DNA of 64,000 bases, taken from positions 61,592,146 through 61,656,145 of the forward strand of contig NC_052157.1 of assembly GCF_902713615.1 (NCBI RefSeq), written 5' to 3'. The DNA comes from Scyliorhinus canicula (lineage: Eukaryota). This document shows positions 24,450-36,099 of the stretch, in pieces. The notes beneath the pieces are model-generated. The model was given only the letters and a program-made list of their open reading frames with translations. It was not told the origin of the DNA and ran no database searches. The stretch's first letter is position 1. Every line of letters begins with the position of its first letter. The translations under genes and the position numbers were made by a program.

Positions 24450-24754
24450 ATAGAATTTACAGTGCAGAAGGAGGCCATTTGTCCCATCGAGTCTGCACCA
24501 GCCCTTGGAAAGAGCACCCTACCTAAGCCCACACCTCCACCCTATCCCCACACTTCCAACCTATCCCCGTAACCCAGTAATCCCACCTAACCTTTTTAGA
24601 CACTAAGCGCAATGTAGCATAGCCAATCTACCTAACTGTGGGAAGAAACCGGAGCACCCAGAGGAAACCCTCGCAAACACGGGGAGAACGTGCAGACTCC
24701 GCACAGACAGTGACCCAAGCCGGGAATCGAACCTGGGACACTGGAGCTGTGAGG
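24450..24754 (-). mobile_element. HE1-type tRNA SINE with 5' end lost
   Basis: Shared body GGTTTCCTCTGGGTGCTCCGGTTTCTTCCCACAG; CR1-like tail TTCTATGATTCT; box B remnant. Confidence 0.85.
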
Positions 24755-24961
24755 CAATTGGCACCGGCATGGTTGGCGCGCCGCCAGTCGGGGGCCACTC
24801 TACGCGGTCGGCTCACTGATTTTCGGGCCGAGATCGGCCGAGCGGCCGTCGTGAAAAAGCCGAGTCCCACCGCCGCCATCCACACCTGCTCTCAGCCGGC
24901 GGGAACATGGCGTGGAAGGGTCGGGGGGGGTCGGCCTGGGAGGGTAGTGGGGGTCCGACCC

Positions 24962-24992
<31 letters not shown>

Positions 24993-25395
24993 TCCGATGT
25001 GGTTTGGCCCGCGATCGGGGCCCACTGATCGGCGGGCCGGCTTCTCTGGCTGACGATCTCCTTTCTTCCGCACCGACCCCTGTAATCCTGTGCCATGTTG
25101 CATCAGGGCCGGCGCATTGAAGGAAGCCACTGCGCATGCGTGCGTTGGCGCCGGTGCCACTGCGCATGTGAGGATCCTGCGGCAATCATTTGACGCCGAG
25201 ATCAGCGCCTGTTCTGTGCTGTACTGTTCTATGTTCTATCAGCAGCTGGAGCAGCGTGAACCACTCCAGTGCTGTGCTGGCCCCCTGTAGGGGGCAGAAT
25301 TGCTGCTCCTGAGGCCGTGTTGACGCCCTCGAGCAATGCGACGACGTTTCCGACGGCATCAATACTTAGCCTCAGGATCACAGAATCCTGTCCCT
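24755..25395. mobile_element. Harbinger-like GC-rich MITE, one end deleted
   Basis: Right end ACAGAATCCTGTCCC is the reverse complement of the left TIR at 56435; shares internal GGCCCGCGATCGG and TGCGCATGCG motifs with other copies. Confidence 0.65.
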
Positions 25396-25915
25396 GATTT
25401 TTGGAGGCGTATCTTATGAGGAAAGATTGAGACGGTTGGGCCGGTGCTCATTGGTTTTAGAAGAATGAGAGGTGGTCTTATTAAAACAGGTAAGTTTCTG
25501 AGGGGTGTGCACGATGGATGATAAGATGTTTCCCCTTGTCCAGATCTAGAACCAGGGTTGTTACAAAATAAGGGTCTCCCATTTAAGATGGAGATAAGAA
25601 GGAATTTCCTCTCTCAGCAAGTGGTTAGTCTGTGGAATTCTCTTTCACAGAACAGTAGAGTCAACAAATATATTTGAGTCTGAGTCAGACAAATTTTTGA
25701 TTGACAAGGAGATCGAGATCCATTTGAGGGCTGGCAGGAAAGTGGAGTTGAGACCACAATCAGAGTTTATTAAATGGAGGATCAGGCGTGGGGTATTGAA
25801 CTATCAAGGCAAAATCCTCCTTCCTCTTTTTAAAAATATTTTTTATTAGCATTTTCCAATTTTAACAGTTTGACAATTTGACATATAAAGCACAGAATAT
25901 TTACGATGTTTCTGA

Positions 25916-26459
25916 AATACATAGAATTTACAGTGCAGAAGGAGGCCATTTCGGCCCATCGAGTCTGCATCGGCCCTTGGAAAGGGCACCCTACCCCAGC
26001 CCACACATCCAGCCTACCCCCATCACACAATAACCCCACCCAACCTTTTTGGACAGTAAGAAGTCTTACAACACCAGGTTAAAGTCCAACAGGTTTGTTT
26101 CTAATCACTAGCTTTTGAAGCACTGCTTCTTCCTCACCTGAGGAAGCTAGTGATTTGAAACAAACCTGTTGGACTTTAACCTGCTGTTGGAAGACTTCTT
26201 ACTGTGCCCACCCCAGTCCAACTCCGGCATTGCCACATCATGGCAACCTTTTTGGACACTAAGGGTAATCTAGCAAGTCCAATCCACCTAACCTGCACAT
26301 CTTTGGACTGTGGGAAGAAACCGGAGCAGCCAGAGGAAACCCATACACACAATGGGAGAACATGTAGACTCCGCACAGTCAGTGACCTAAGCCAGAAATC
26401 GAACCTCGGACCCTGGAGCTGTGAAGCAACTATGCAAACCACTATGCTACCGTGCTGCC
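25916..26459 (-). mobile_element. Full-length HE1-type SINE split by a Penelope-type insertion
   Basis: tRNA head GGCAGCACGGTAGCATAGTGGTT with box B GGTTCGATTTC; CR1-like tail near 25916; continuous once 26056-26243 is removed. Confidence 0.85.
26056..26243. mobile_element. Palindromic Penelope-like terminal fragment
   Basis: About 61-bp inverted arms (26054-26114, 26144-26204); 15-bp TSD CAACCTTTTTGGACA (26041-26055, 26244-26258). Family assignment from recall of shark Penelope termini. Confidence 0.6.
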
Positions 26460-26479
26460 ACAATTCTACACGTACCCCT

Positions 26480-29400
26480 TGATGCATGATCAATGACTAC
26501 TAAAGCGAGGTTGTAGTCCAACTGGAGGCTTTAATAAGCTAGATATTTTGCCCCCCCACCAGCAGCTCAGGTACAGAAAGAAAGCTGCTGGGGCGGCACG
26601 GACTCTTATACCCCGCCTTGCAGGGTGGAGCTACCATACAGGCTCGACCAATAGCAAGCATACATTATCTACCAATGGTGTTCCAGCATTACCAGGTACC
26701 GTGATACCTCTACACAGACTACCACATTCACTCCCTGTTAAAAAAAGAGTCCGGCGGTGGTGGTGGCTTGGTATTACAACATGGTAATGTGGTAGAAGTT
26801 ATGGTTATGGAGGTACCGTAATAACTCAGTACAGCATTTTGCCTTATTATCGTAACTATTTACAATTTTACAATTAACTATATACATGTTAAAATGAAGC
26901 AATCAGTCGATCGGGGGCCCTGGGCGTCCTCTGTGATCGTTGAAGCTTTGGTGGTGACGCTGGTGAAGGTTCGGGCGTCTGTGACTCCGGGAGCGTGGTT
27001 TCGATCTCTGTGGCAGCTTCAACACCCCAAGACGGCGCTGGTGGGGGAGCTGATTGACCTGGGAAGGGAGCGTCTGCGGGGTGCGTAGGTGGGCGGGGGG
27101 GGGGCCTAGACGGGGCTGGCGGAGGAACCGATCCTCCCGGGAAGGGGGCGGCTCTAAGGTGCACCGGTGGGATGGAGAGTGGGACTGGTGGTGCGGGTGT
27201 GCGTGGGGCTCCGGCGGGTGTCAGGTCTCGTAGGGAGGCCGTGTCTTGTCGGCCGTCGGGGTACTGGGGGTTAGCGTGGAGAAGATGGACCCTCTCGACC
27301 AACGGGTCCAACTTGTGCGCCCGCACGTGTTTTCGGAGCAGGATGGGTCCGGGAGCTGCCAGCCAGGTCGGGAGCAAGGTCCCAGAGGAGGGCTTCCTGG
27401 GGAAGATAAGGAGACATTCATGAGGTGTTTGGTTGGTTGTGGTGCAGAGCAGTGACCGGAGGGCATCCGGGAGGACTTCCTGCCAGCGGGAGACTGGGAG
27501 ATTTCTGGACCGTAGGGCCAGTAGGACGGTCTGCCAGACCGTTCCATTCTCCCTCTCCACCTGTCCGTTACCCCGGGGGTTGTAACTGGTCATCCTGCTC
27601 GAGGCAATGCCCTTGCTGAGCAGGAATTGACGCAGTTCGTTGCTCATAAAGGAGGGCCCCCTATCACTATGTATGTAAGCGGGGAACCCGAACAGTGTAA
27701 AGATGCTATGGAGGGCTTTGGTGACAGTGGTTGGGGTCATGTCAGGGCAGGGGATGGCAAATGGGAATCGGGATACTCGTCAATCACGTTCAGGAAGTAC
27801 GTGTTGCGTTCGTGGAGGGGAGGAGACCTTTGAAGTCCATGCTGAGGTGTTCAAAGGGACGGGAAGCCTTTATCAGGTGCACTTTCTCTGGCCGGTAGAA
27901 GTGCGGCTTGCACTCCACGCAGATTTGGCAATTACTGGTGGCTGTCCTCACGTACTCGATAGAATAGGGCAGGTTGCGGGTCTTGACAAAATGGAAGAAG
28001 CGAGTGACCCCCGGGTGGCAGAAGTCCTCGTGGAGGGCTCGGAGGCGGTCCACTTGTGCGTTGGCACGTGTGCCGTGGGACAGGGCATCAGGAGGCTCGT
28101 TTAGCTTCTTGGGACGATACAAGATCTCGTAGTTATAGGAGGAGAATTCGATCCTCAACCGCAAGATCTTATTGTTTTTTGTCTTGCCCCGCTGTGCATT
28201 TTCGAACATGAAGGCGACCGACTGTTGGTCAGTGAGGAGAGTGAATCTCCTGCCGGCCAGGTAATGCCTCCAATGTCACACAGCTTCTACTATGACCTGG
28301 GCCTCCTTTTCGACTGAGGAGTAGCAGATTTCGGAAGCGTGGAGGGTACATGAGAAGAAGGCCACGGGTCTGCCCGCTTGGTTGAGGGTGGCCGCCAGAG
28401 CTACGTCGGACGCGTCGCTCTCGACCAGGAAGGGGAGGGACTCGTCAATGGCGTGCATCGTGGCCTTTGCAATGTCTGCTTTGATGCAGCTGAAGGCCTG
28501 GCGGGCCTCTATCGACAGGGTAATAACTGTGGATTGGATCAGAGGACAGGCCTTGTCTGCATAGTTGGGGACCCACTGGGCGTAGTAAGAAAAAAAAACC
28601 GAGGCAGCGCTTCAGGGCCTTGGAGCAGTGAGGGAGGGGAAACTCCATAAAGGGGCGCATGCGTTTAGGGTCGGGGCCTATAACTCCATTTCGCACTACG
28701 TAGGCGAGGATGGCTAGGCGGTCGGTGCTAAACACGCATTTATCCTTGTTATACGTAAGGTTAAGGATTTTTGCGGTCTGGAGGGATTTTCGGAGGTTGG
28801 TGTCCTGGTCCTGCTGGTTGTGGCAGCAGATGGTGACATTATCGAGATACGGGAATGTTGCCCGTAAACCGTATCGGTCAACCATTCGGTCCATCTCTCG
28901 TTGGAAGACCAAGACCCCGTTAGTGATACGGAAGGGAACCCTTGAAAACTGGTAGAGCCGCCCATCTGCTTCGAAGGCAGTGTACTTGCGGTCACTCGTG
29001 CGGATGGGGAGCTGGTGGTAGGCGGACTGAAGGTCCATCGTGGAGAAGACCTTGTATTGAACGATCCTGTTTACCAGGTCGGATATGCGGGGGAGAGGGT
29101 ACACGTCCAGCTGCGTAAACCTGTCGATGGTCTGACTGTAGTCGATGACCATCCTATTCTTCTCCCCGGTCTTTACCACCACCACTTGAGCTCTCCAGGG
29201 ACTGTTGCTAGCTTCAATGACTCCTTCCCTCAGTAGCCATTGGACCTCTGACCTAATAAAGATCCGGTCCTGGACACTGTACCGTCTGCTCCTAGTGGCG
29301 ACGGGTTTGCAATCCAGGGTGAGGTTCGCAAACAGGGAAGGCGGATCGACCTTGAGGGTCGCGAGGCTGCAGACAGTGAGAGTGGGTATAGGGCCGCTGA

Positions 29401-31058
29401 ATTTGAAAGTTAACTTTGGAGGTTGCACTGGAAGTCTAACCCGAGGAGTGTGGCTGCGCAGAGGTGGGGAGGCCGTAGAGCCGGTATTTTTTGAACTCCC
29501 TTCCCTGGACCGTAATGTTTGCTACACAGAACCCCTTTATCTCTACTGAGTGGGAACCGGAGGCAAAGGAGATTTTTTGATTAACAGGATTGACGGGAAG
29601 AGAACAGCGCTTTACCGTGTCAGGGTGTATGAAGCTCTCTGTGCTCCCAAAGTTGATTAAGCAGGACGTCTCGTGTCCGTTGATTAGCACCGTTGTTGTA
29701 GCAGTTGAGAGTGTTCGAGGCCGAGACTGGTCCGGGGTCACTGAGGCTAATCGTGGCAGCAGCTGAGTGTTCTCGTCGGGAGGTGTGTGGTCATCTGCAG
29801 CGAGGTCCTGGGAGTCCATCCAAGATGTTGGCGTCCACTGGTCGCACATGGCTGTGGGTGCACAAAATGGCGGCGCCCATCCATCACACGCGGCGTCAGC
29901 GGGACAAGATGGCGGCGCCCGGAGGCCACACGTAGCCCTGGAAGAGGAAGATGGCGGCGCTCGCTGGGCCCATGGAGAGGCTTGTAGTGGCGGTCCGCAT
30001 TCGCTTGCAGAGCCCGCAGCGACCGCCCGGGCCTGGTATACCGCCACGAAGTGGCCCTTTTTGCTGCACCCTTTACAGGTGGACGAATGGGCTGGGCAGC
30101 GCTGTCGGGGGTGTTTGGCTTGCCCGCAAAAATAGCAGCGGGGCCCCCCCCCCCGGGGTTGCCGGGCCGTCTTGCAGCGCAAGCATGTGGGGGGATGTGG
30201 GATGCCTCGGAGTCGCAGCAGAGGGATTCCACGCTGCCCAGGGGGCTGCCGCGCGGTCGGGGGCGTAGGCGCGGGCGTTTCGGGAGGCCATATCCAGGGA
30301 GCCGGCAAGGGCCTGTGCCTCCTTGAGGCCTAGAGTTTCTTTCTCCAGCAAATGCTGGCGGATTTGAGAGGACAGCATACCCGCAACAAAAGCGTCCCGA
30401 ATCAACAGTTCAGTGTGGTCGTTTGCTGAAACTTGTGAGCAGCTGCAGTTTCTCCCCAACACTAGGAGCGCACGGTAGAATTCTTCCAGTGACTCACCAG
30501 GAATTTGTCGCCTCGTTGCTAGTAGATGCCGGGCGTAGACCTGATTTACAGGGCGAATGTAATGTCCTTTCAGCAACTCCATCGCGGCATCGAAGTCGTC
30601 TGCGTCCTCGATGAGGGTGTAGACTTCTGGGCTCACCCTCGAGTGCAGGATCTGCAGTTTCTGTTCTCTTGTGGGTATGTTTTCTGTCATTCCGCGGTAG
30701 CCGTTGAAGCACAGTAGCCAGTGCTTGAAAGTCGCCGCCGAGTTTACTGCGTGGGGGCTGAGTTGCAGACGCTCCGGCTTGATTCGGAGCTCCATCCTTT
30801 AAATCTAGTTTATTAAATTGATGCACGATCAGTGACGACTAAAGCGAGGTTGTAGTCCAACTGAAGGCTTTAATAAGCTAGATGTTTCTCCTAGCAGCTC
30901 AGGTACAGAAAGGAAGCTGCTGGGGCGGCACAGGCTCTTATACCCCGCCTTGCAGGGCGGAGCTGCCATACAGGCTCGACCAATGGAAAGCATACATTAT
31001 CTACCAATGGTGTTTCAACATTACTATGTACCGTAATACCTCTACACAGACTACCACA
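26480..31058 (-). mobile_element. Full-length Ty3/Gypsy LTR retrotransposon, decayed
   Basis: 5' LTR 30819-31058, 3' LTR 26480-26726; TSD CCCCT; PPT ACAGGGAGTGAA; gag ORF 30073-30795, RT ORF 28445-29428 (YLDN), integrase ORF 26889-27740; same lineage as 14125-18642. Confidence 0.96.
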
Positions 31059-31167
31059 CCCCTTTTATACGCCCACCCCCTTTCCTTGCTTCCCCTTCCC
31101 CCACCCCTCTCCCCTGTTGATAGTCGAGCTCCCTCCTGCCCCATCTTTCACATTGTTATATTCTTTC

Positions 31168-31454
31168 TGATGTACCATCAATTGAACGCGAGATGAGTGG
31201 CTGAACAAAAGTATGGCTTTAATATACTAGATGTGAAGCCCTGCGGTCAATTACAGTAGAAGGACGACCGCAGGGAGTACTGGGTATTTATACCCCACCG
31301 TGGAGACGGGGTTAACTCAGCCTCTCGACCAATCGGGGAGCCGTCACATGACGCGTCTCAACCAACCGGTCGAGGGGCACATGACCGACCAGGGCCAATG
31401 GTAAGCCGGTGTTCTGCACTAATGGCAGGCAGCTATGCTAATCATACCACCACA
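31168..31454 (-). mobile_element. Solo LTR of the same Gypsy lineage, different subfamily
   Basis: TGATG...CCACA termini on the plus strand as in 26480-31058; TSD CTTTC/CGTTC (1 mismatch); TATAAA, hairpin, then ATTAAA. Confidence 0.85.
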
Positions 31455-31486
31455 CGTTCCCTCCTTTTGTGATTCTTGCCGCTTTT

Positions 31487-34400
31487 AAGAACATAAGACC
31501 TAGGAGCAGATGTAGGCCTTCTGGCCCCTCGAGCCTGCTCCGCCATTCAATGAGATCATGGCTGATCTTTTGTGGACTCAGCTCCACTTTCCGGCCCGAA
31601 CACCATAACCCTTAAACCCTTTTTTCTTCAAAAAACTATCTATCTTTACCTTAAAAACATTTAATGAAGGAGCCTCAACTGCTTCACTGGGCAAGGAATT
31701 CCATAGATTCACAACCCTTTGGGTGAAGAAGTTCCTCCTAAACTCAGTCCCCAATCTACTTCCCCTTATTTTGAGGCTATGCCCCCTAGTTCTGCTTTCA
31801 CCCGCCAGTGGAAACAACCTATTCTATCTATTCCCTTCATAATTTTAAATGTTTCTATAAGATCCCCCCTCATCCTTCTAAATTCCAACGAGTACAGTCC
31901 CAGTCTACTCAACCTCTCATCGTAATCCAACCCCTTCAGCTCTAGGATTAACCTAGTGAATCTCCTCTGCACACCCTCCAGTGCCAGTATGTCCTTTCTC
32001 AAGTAAGGAGACCAAAACTGAAAACAATACTCCAGGTGTGGCCTCACTAACACCTTATACAATTGCAGCATAACCTCCCTAGTCTTAAACTCCATCCCTC
32101 TAGCAATGAAGGACAAAATTCCATTTGCCTTCTTAATCACCTGTTGCACCTGTAAACCAACTTACTGTGACTCATGAACTAGCACACCCAGGTCTCTCTG
32201 CACAGCAGCATGCTTTAATATTTTTTTGTTTAAATAATAATCCCGTTTGCTGTTATTCCTACCAAAATGGATAACCTCACAATTGTCAACATTGTTTTCC
32301 ATTTGCCAGACCTTAGCCCATTCACTTAAACTTTCCAAATCCTTCTGCAGACTCCCAGTATCCTCTGCACTTTTTGCTTTACCACTCATCTTAGTGTCAT
32401 CTGCAAACTTGGACACATTGCCCTTGGTCCCCAACTCTAAATCATCTATGTAGATTGTGAACAATTGTGGGCCCAACACTGATCCCTGAGGGACACCACT
32501 AGCTACTGATTGCCAACCAGAGAAACACCCATTAATCCCCACTCTTTGCTTTCTATTAATTAACCAATCCTCTATCCATGCTACTACTTTACCCTTCATG
32601 CCATGCATCTTTATCTTATGCAGCAGCCTTTTGTGTGGCACCTTGTCAAAAGCTTTCTGGAAATCCAGATATACCACATCCATTGGCTCCCCGTTATCTA
32701 CTGCACTGTTAATGTCCTCAAAAAATTCCACTAAATTAGTTAGGCACTACCTGCCCTTTATGAACCCATGCTGCGTCTGCCCAATGGGACAATTTATATC
32801 CAGATGCCTCGCTATTTCTTCCTTGATGATAGATTCCAGCATCTTCCCTACTACCGACGTTAAGCTCTCTGGCCTATAATTTCCTGCTCTCTGCCTACCT
32901 CCTTTTTTAAACAGTGGTGTCACGTTTGCTAATTTCCAATCCACCGGGCCCACCCCAGAGTCTAGTGAATTTTGGTAAATCATCACTAGTGCATCTGCAA
33001 TTTCCCTAGCCATCTCTTTTAGTACTCTGGGATGCATTCCATCAGGGCCAGGAGACTTGTCTACCTTTAGCCCCATTAGCTTGCCCATCACTACCTCCTT
33101 AGTGATAACAATCCTCTCAAGGTCATCACCTGTCATAACCTCATCTCTATCAGTCACTGGCATGTTTTTTGTGTCTTCCACTGTAAAGACCGACCCAAAA
33201 AACCTGTTCAGTTCCTCAGCCATTTCCCATTATTAAAACTCCCTTCTCATCCTCTCAAGGACCAATATTTACCTTAGCCACTCTTTTTTGCTTTATATAT
33301 TTGTAAAAACTTTTGCTGTCTGTTTTTATATTCTGAGCAAGTTTACTCTCATACTCTATCTTAATCTTTATAGCTTTTTTAGTAGCTTTCTTTTGTCCCT
33401 TCAATATTTCCCAGTCCTCTAGTCTTCCACCAATCTTTGCCACTTTGTATGCTCTTTCCTTCAATTTGATACTCTTATTTCATTAGATATCCACGGTCGA
33501 TTTTCCCTCTTTCTACCGTCCTTCCTTTTTGTGAGTATAAGCCTTTGCTGAGCACTGTGAAAAATCGCTTGGAAGGTTCTCCACTGTTCCTCAACTGTTC
33601 CACCATAAAGTCTTTGCTCCCAGTCTACCTTAGCTAGTTCTTCTCTCATCCCATTGTAATCTCCTTTGTTTAAACACAAAACACAAGTATTTGATTTTAC
33701 CTTCTCACCCTCCATCTGTATTTTAAATTCCACCATATTGTGATCGCTCCTTCCGAGAGGATCCCTAACTATGAGATCATGAATCAATCCTGTTTCATTA
33801 CACAGGACAAGATCTAGAACCGCTTGTTCCCTCGTAGGTTCCATTACATACTGTTCTAGGAAACTATCGCGGATACATTCTATAAACTCCTCCTCAAGGT
33901 TGCCTTGACCGACCTGGTTAAACCAATCGACATGTAGATTAAAATCCCCCATGATAACTGCTGTACCATTTCTACATGCATCAGTTATCTCTTTGTTTAT
34001 TGCCTGCCCCACCATAACGTTACTATTTGGTGGCCGATAGACTACTCCTATCAGTGACTTTTTCACCTTACTATTCCTGATTTCCACCCAAATGGATTCA
34101 ACCTTATCCTCCATAGCACCGATATCATCCCTAACTATTGCCCGGATGTCATCCTTAAATAACAGAGCTACACCACCTCTCTTACCATCCACTCAGTCCT
34201 TCCGAATAGCTTGATACCCTCGGATATTTAACTCCCAGTCGTGACCATCCTTTAACCATGTTTCAGTAATGGCCACTAAATCATAATCATTCACGATGAT
34301 TTGTGCCATCAACTCATTTACTTTATTCCGAATACTACGAGCATTCAGGTAAAGTACACTTATGTTGGTTTTTTTACCTCTGTTTTTAATCTCAACATCT

Positions 34401-34606
34401 CCAGTTTTACTCCTTTTAGTATTACTGGGCCTATTCACTGAGCTCCCTTCAGTCACTGTACCTTGTACTGTCGCCCTTTTTGATTTTTGACTATGTCTTC
34501 TCTGTCTTGCACTTTCCCCCTTACTTCCTTTTGCTTCTGTCCCTGTTTTACTACCTTCCAACTTCCTGCATCGGTTCCCATCCCCCTGCCACATTAGTTT
34601 AAACCC
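31487..34606 (-). mobile_element. CR1 LINE covering most of ORF2 (APE and RT) with internal deletions
   Basis: LYLNARSIRNK, AITETWL, VVYRPP, MGDFN, DPLGRSDHN, RT motifs, 3' tail; several frameshifts. Confidence 0.95.
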
Positions 34607-34619
34607 TTCTTGTGGCTTC

Positions 34620-35470
34620 GCTGGGTGGGGGGGGTTCTCTCTCTGCCCCTCTTTTTCCATTTATATCCCTGATGTTCCCCCGGGTACATTTGTTGCCATC
34701 CACCCGCCCTTTCCCCCCATTCCTCTCTGCTCTGTGCGTTCTTGTCTGCCCTCAGCGGTCCCCCTTGTCCAGGTGAAGAAACTCCAACACATCTGCCAGC
34801 CAGTCTGCAGCCGTGAGTGGCTCTGTTAATCGCCAGCCGAGCAAGATTCTCCGGCGTGCGTTTCGGGAAGCAAAAGCCAGAATCTGGTTGGTCCTATACT
34901 CCGAAGACTGCCACTCTCAGGCACGGCTGCACCCTCACCCCCACAACCTCAGACATGGATTCACAAACTGTCCAAAACCCGACAAGTCTGGGGCAGGCCC
35001 AGAAGATGTGAGTGTGGTTGGCTGGGTCTCCCTGGCACCATTCACATTTGTCCTCCACCTCTGGGAAGAAACTGTTCATTCGGGTTCTGGTTAGGTGAGC
35101 TCTGTGCACCACTGCATGAGGAGGTGGAGTTATCCTGACTTAGTGCTTTGCTCCAGAGCCCCCACCCTACTTCCGTCCCCAGTTCGTCTTCCCAATTCTG
35201 TCTTGCCCGCCTGATGGTGTTCTTGCGCTTTCCAGAAGTAGCCCCACAGTTCCCCGTCTCCCTACTGTCTGCGTCCAGTAGTTCCTCCAGCAATGTGTCT
35301 TTCAGGGCCCTCGGGTACCTGACGGAGTAAGGGTTTGGCTTGAGGGCGCTGGAGCTCCTGTCCTTTCACTAGCTCCAGTTCTTCCGTTCATTCGTCTAGC
35401 GTTGTCAGATGTTCTCATTCTCGGCAGTTCGTGCCTGTGGCCCGGGTCAGATTCCGGGCAACTGCTTCTT
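34620..35470 (-). mobile_element. Old L1-type LINE 3' fragments
   Basis: CEWCQGDPANHTHIFWACP zinc-finger motif, KWEDELG-like segment; paralogous to about 54330-55000. Confidence 0.8.
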
Positions 35471-35494
35471 CAGATTTTGTCCGTTTTGTAAAGA

Positions 35495-35712
35495 GATATT
35501 GAAGTGGATTTGTTTATTGTCACGTGTACCGAGGTACAGTGAAAAGTATTTTTCTTCCAGCAGCTCAACAGTTCATTAAGTACATGAAAAAAAAATAAAA
35601 GGAAATACATAATAGAGCAACACGAGGTACACAATGTAACTACATAAACACCGGTTGTCGGGTGAAGCATACGGGGGTGCAGCGTTAATCAGGTCAGTCC
35701 GTAAGAGGGTCA
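35495..35712 (-). mobile_element. 3' end of an unclassified non-LTR element
   Basis: Minus strand ends ...GACAATAAACAAATC; no coding motif available to classify it. Confidence 0.4.
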
Positions 35713-35719
35713 AATTATT

Positions 35720-36062
35720 CAAGTGCAATTTACTCGGCGTTTGCAAGCGGGCGGCCGCATTGAGAAGAGCTCCCACCAGTGGCCACGATTTGTGGTGCTT
35801 TCACCAAATTTTCGATCCCCCCCCCCCCCCCCCCTCCCCGACTATCGTCGGCCTTGGGGCCGTCACGGGCAGCTAGCGGGGCTGGTTTGAAAACCGGCGA
35901 AGAACCCCGCGCGGGTGTCGGGAGGCAGGGGCTGAGGCGTTGGGCCCAACGCGGTGTGGAGGTCAGAGCAGCGGGGGTGGTGCCAAACGGAGGCCGAGGC
36001 GGCAGGCCCGAAGCCAGGGCGCGATGTCGGTGGGATGTCCCACATTGGATGGCTCCCACCTG
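35720..36062. mobile_element. GC-rich MITE fragment
   Basis: CpG-rich with a C-run, similar in style to the Harbinger-like copies; termini not clear. Confidence 0.4.
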
Positions 36063-36099
36063 GAATGTTGTAAGAAGGCTGAAGTCCGGTCCCAGGGGA

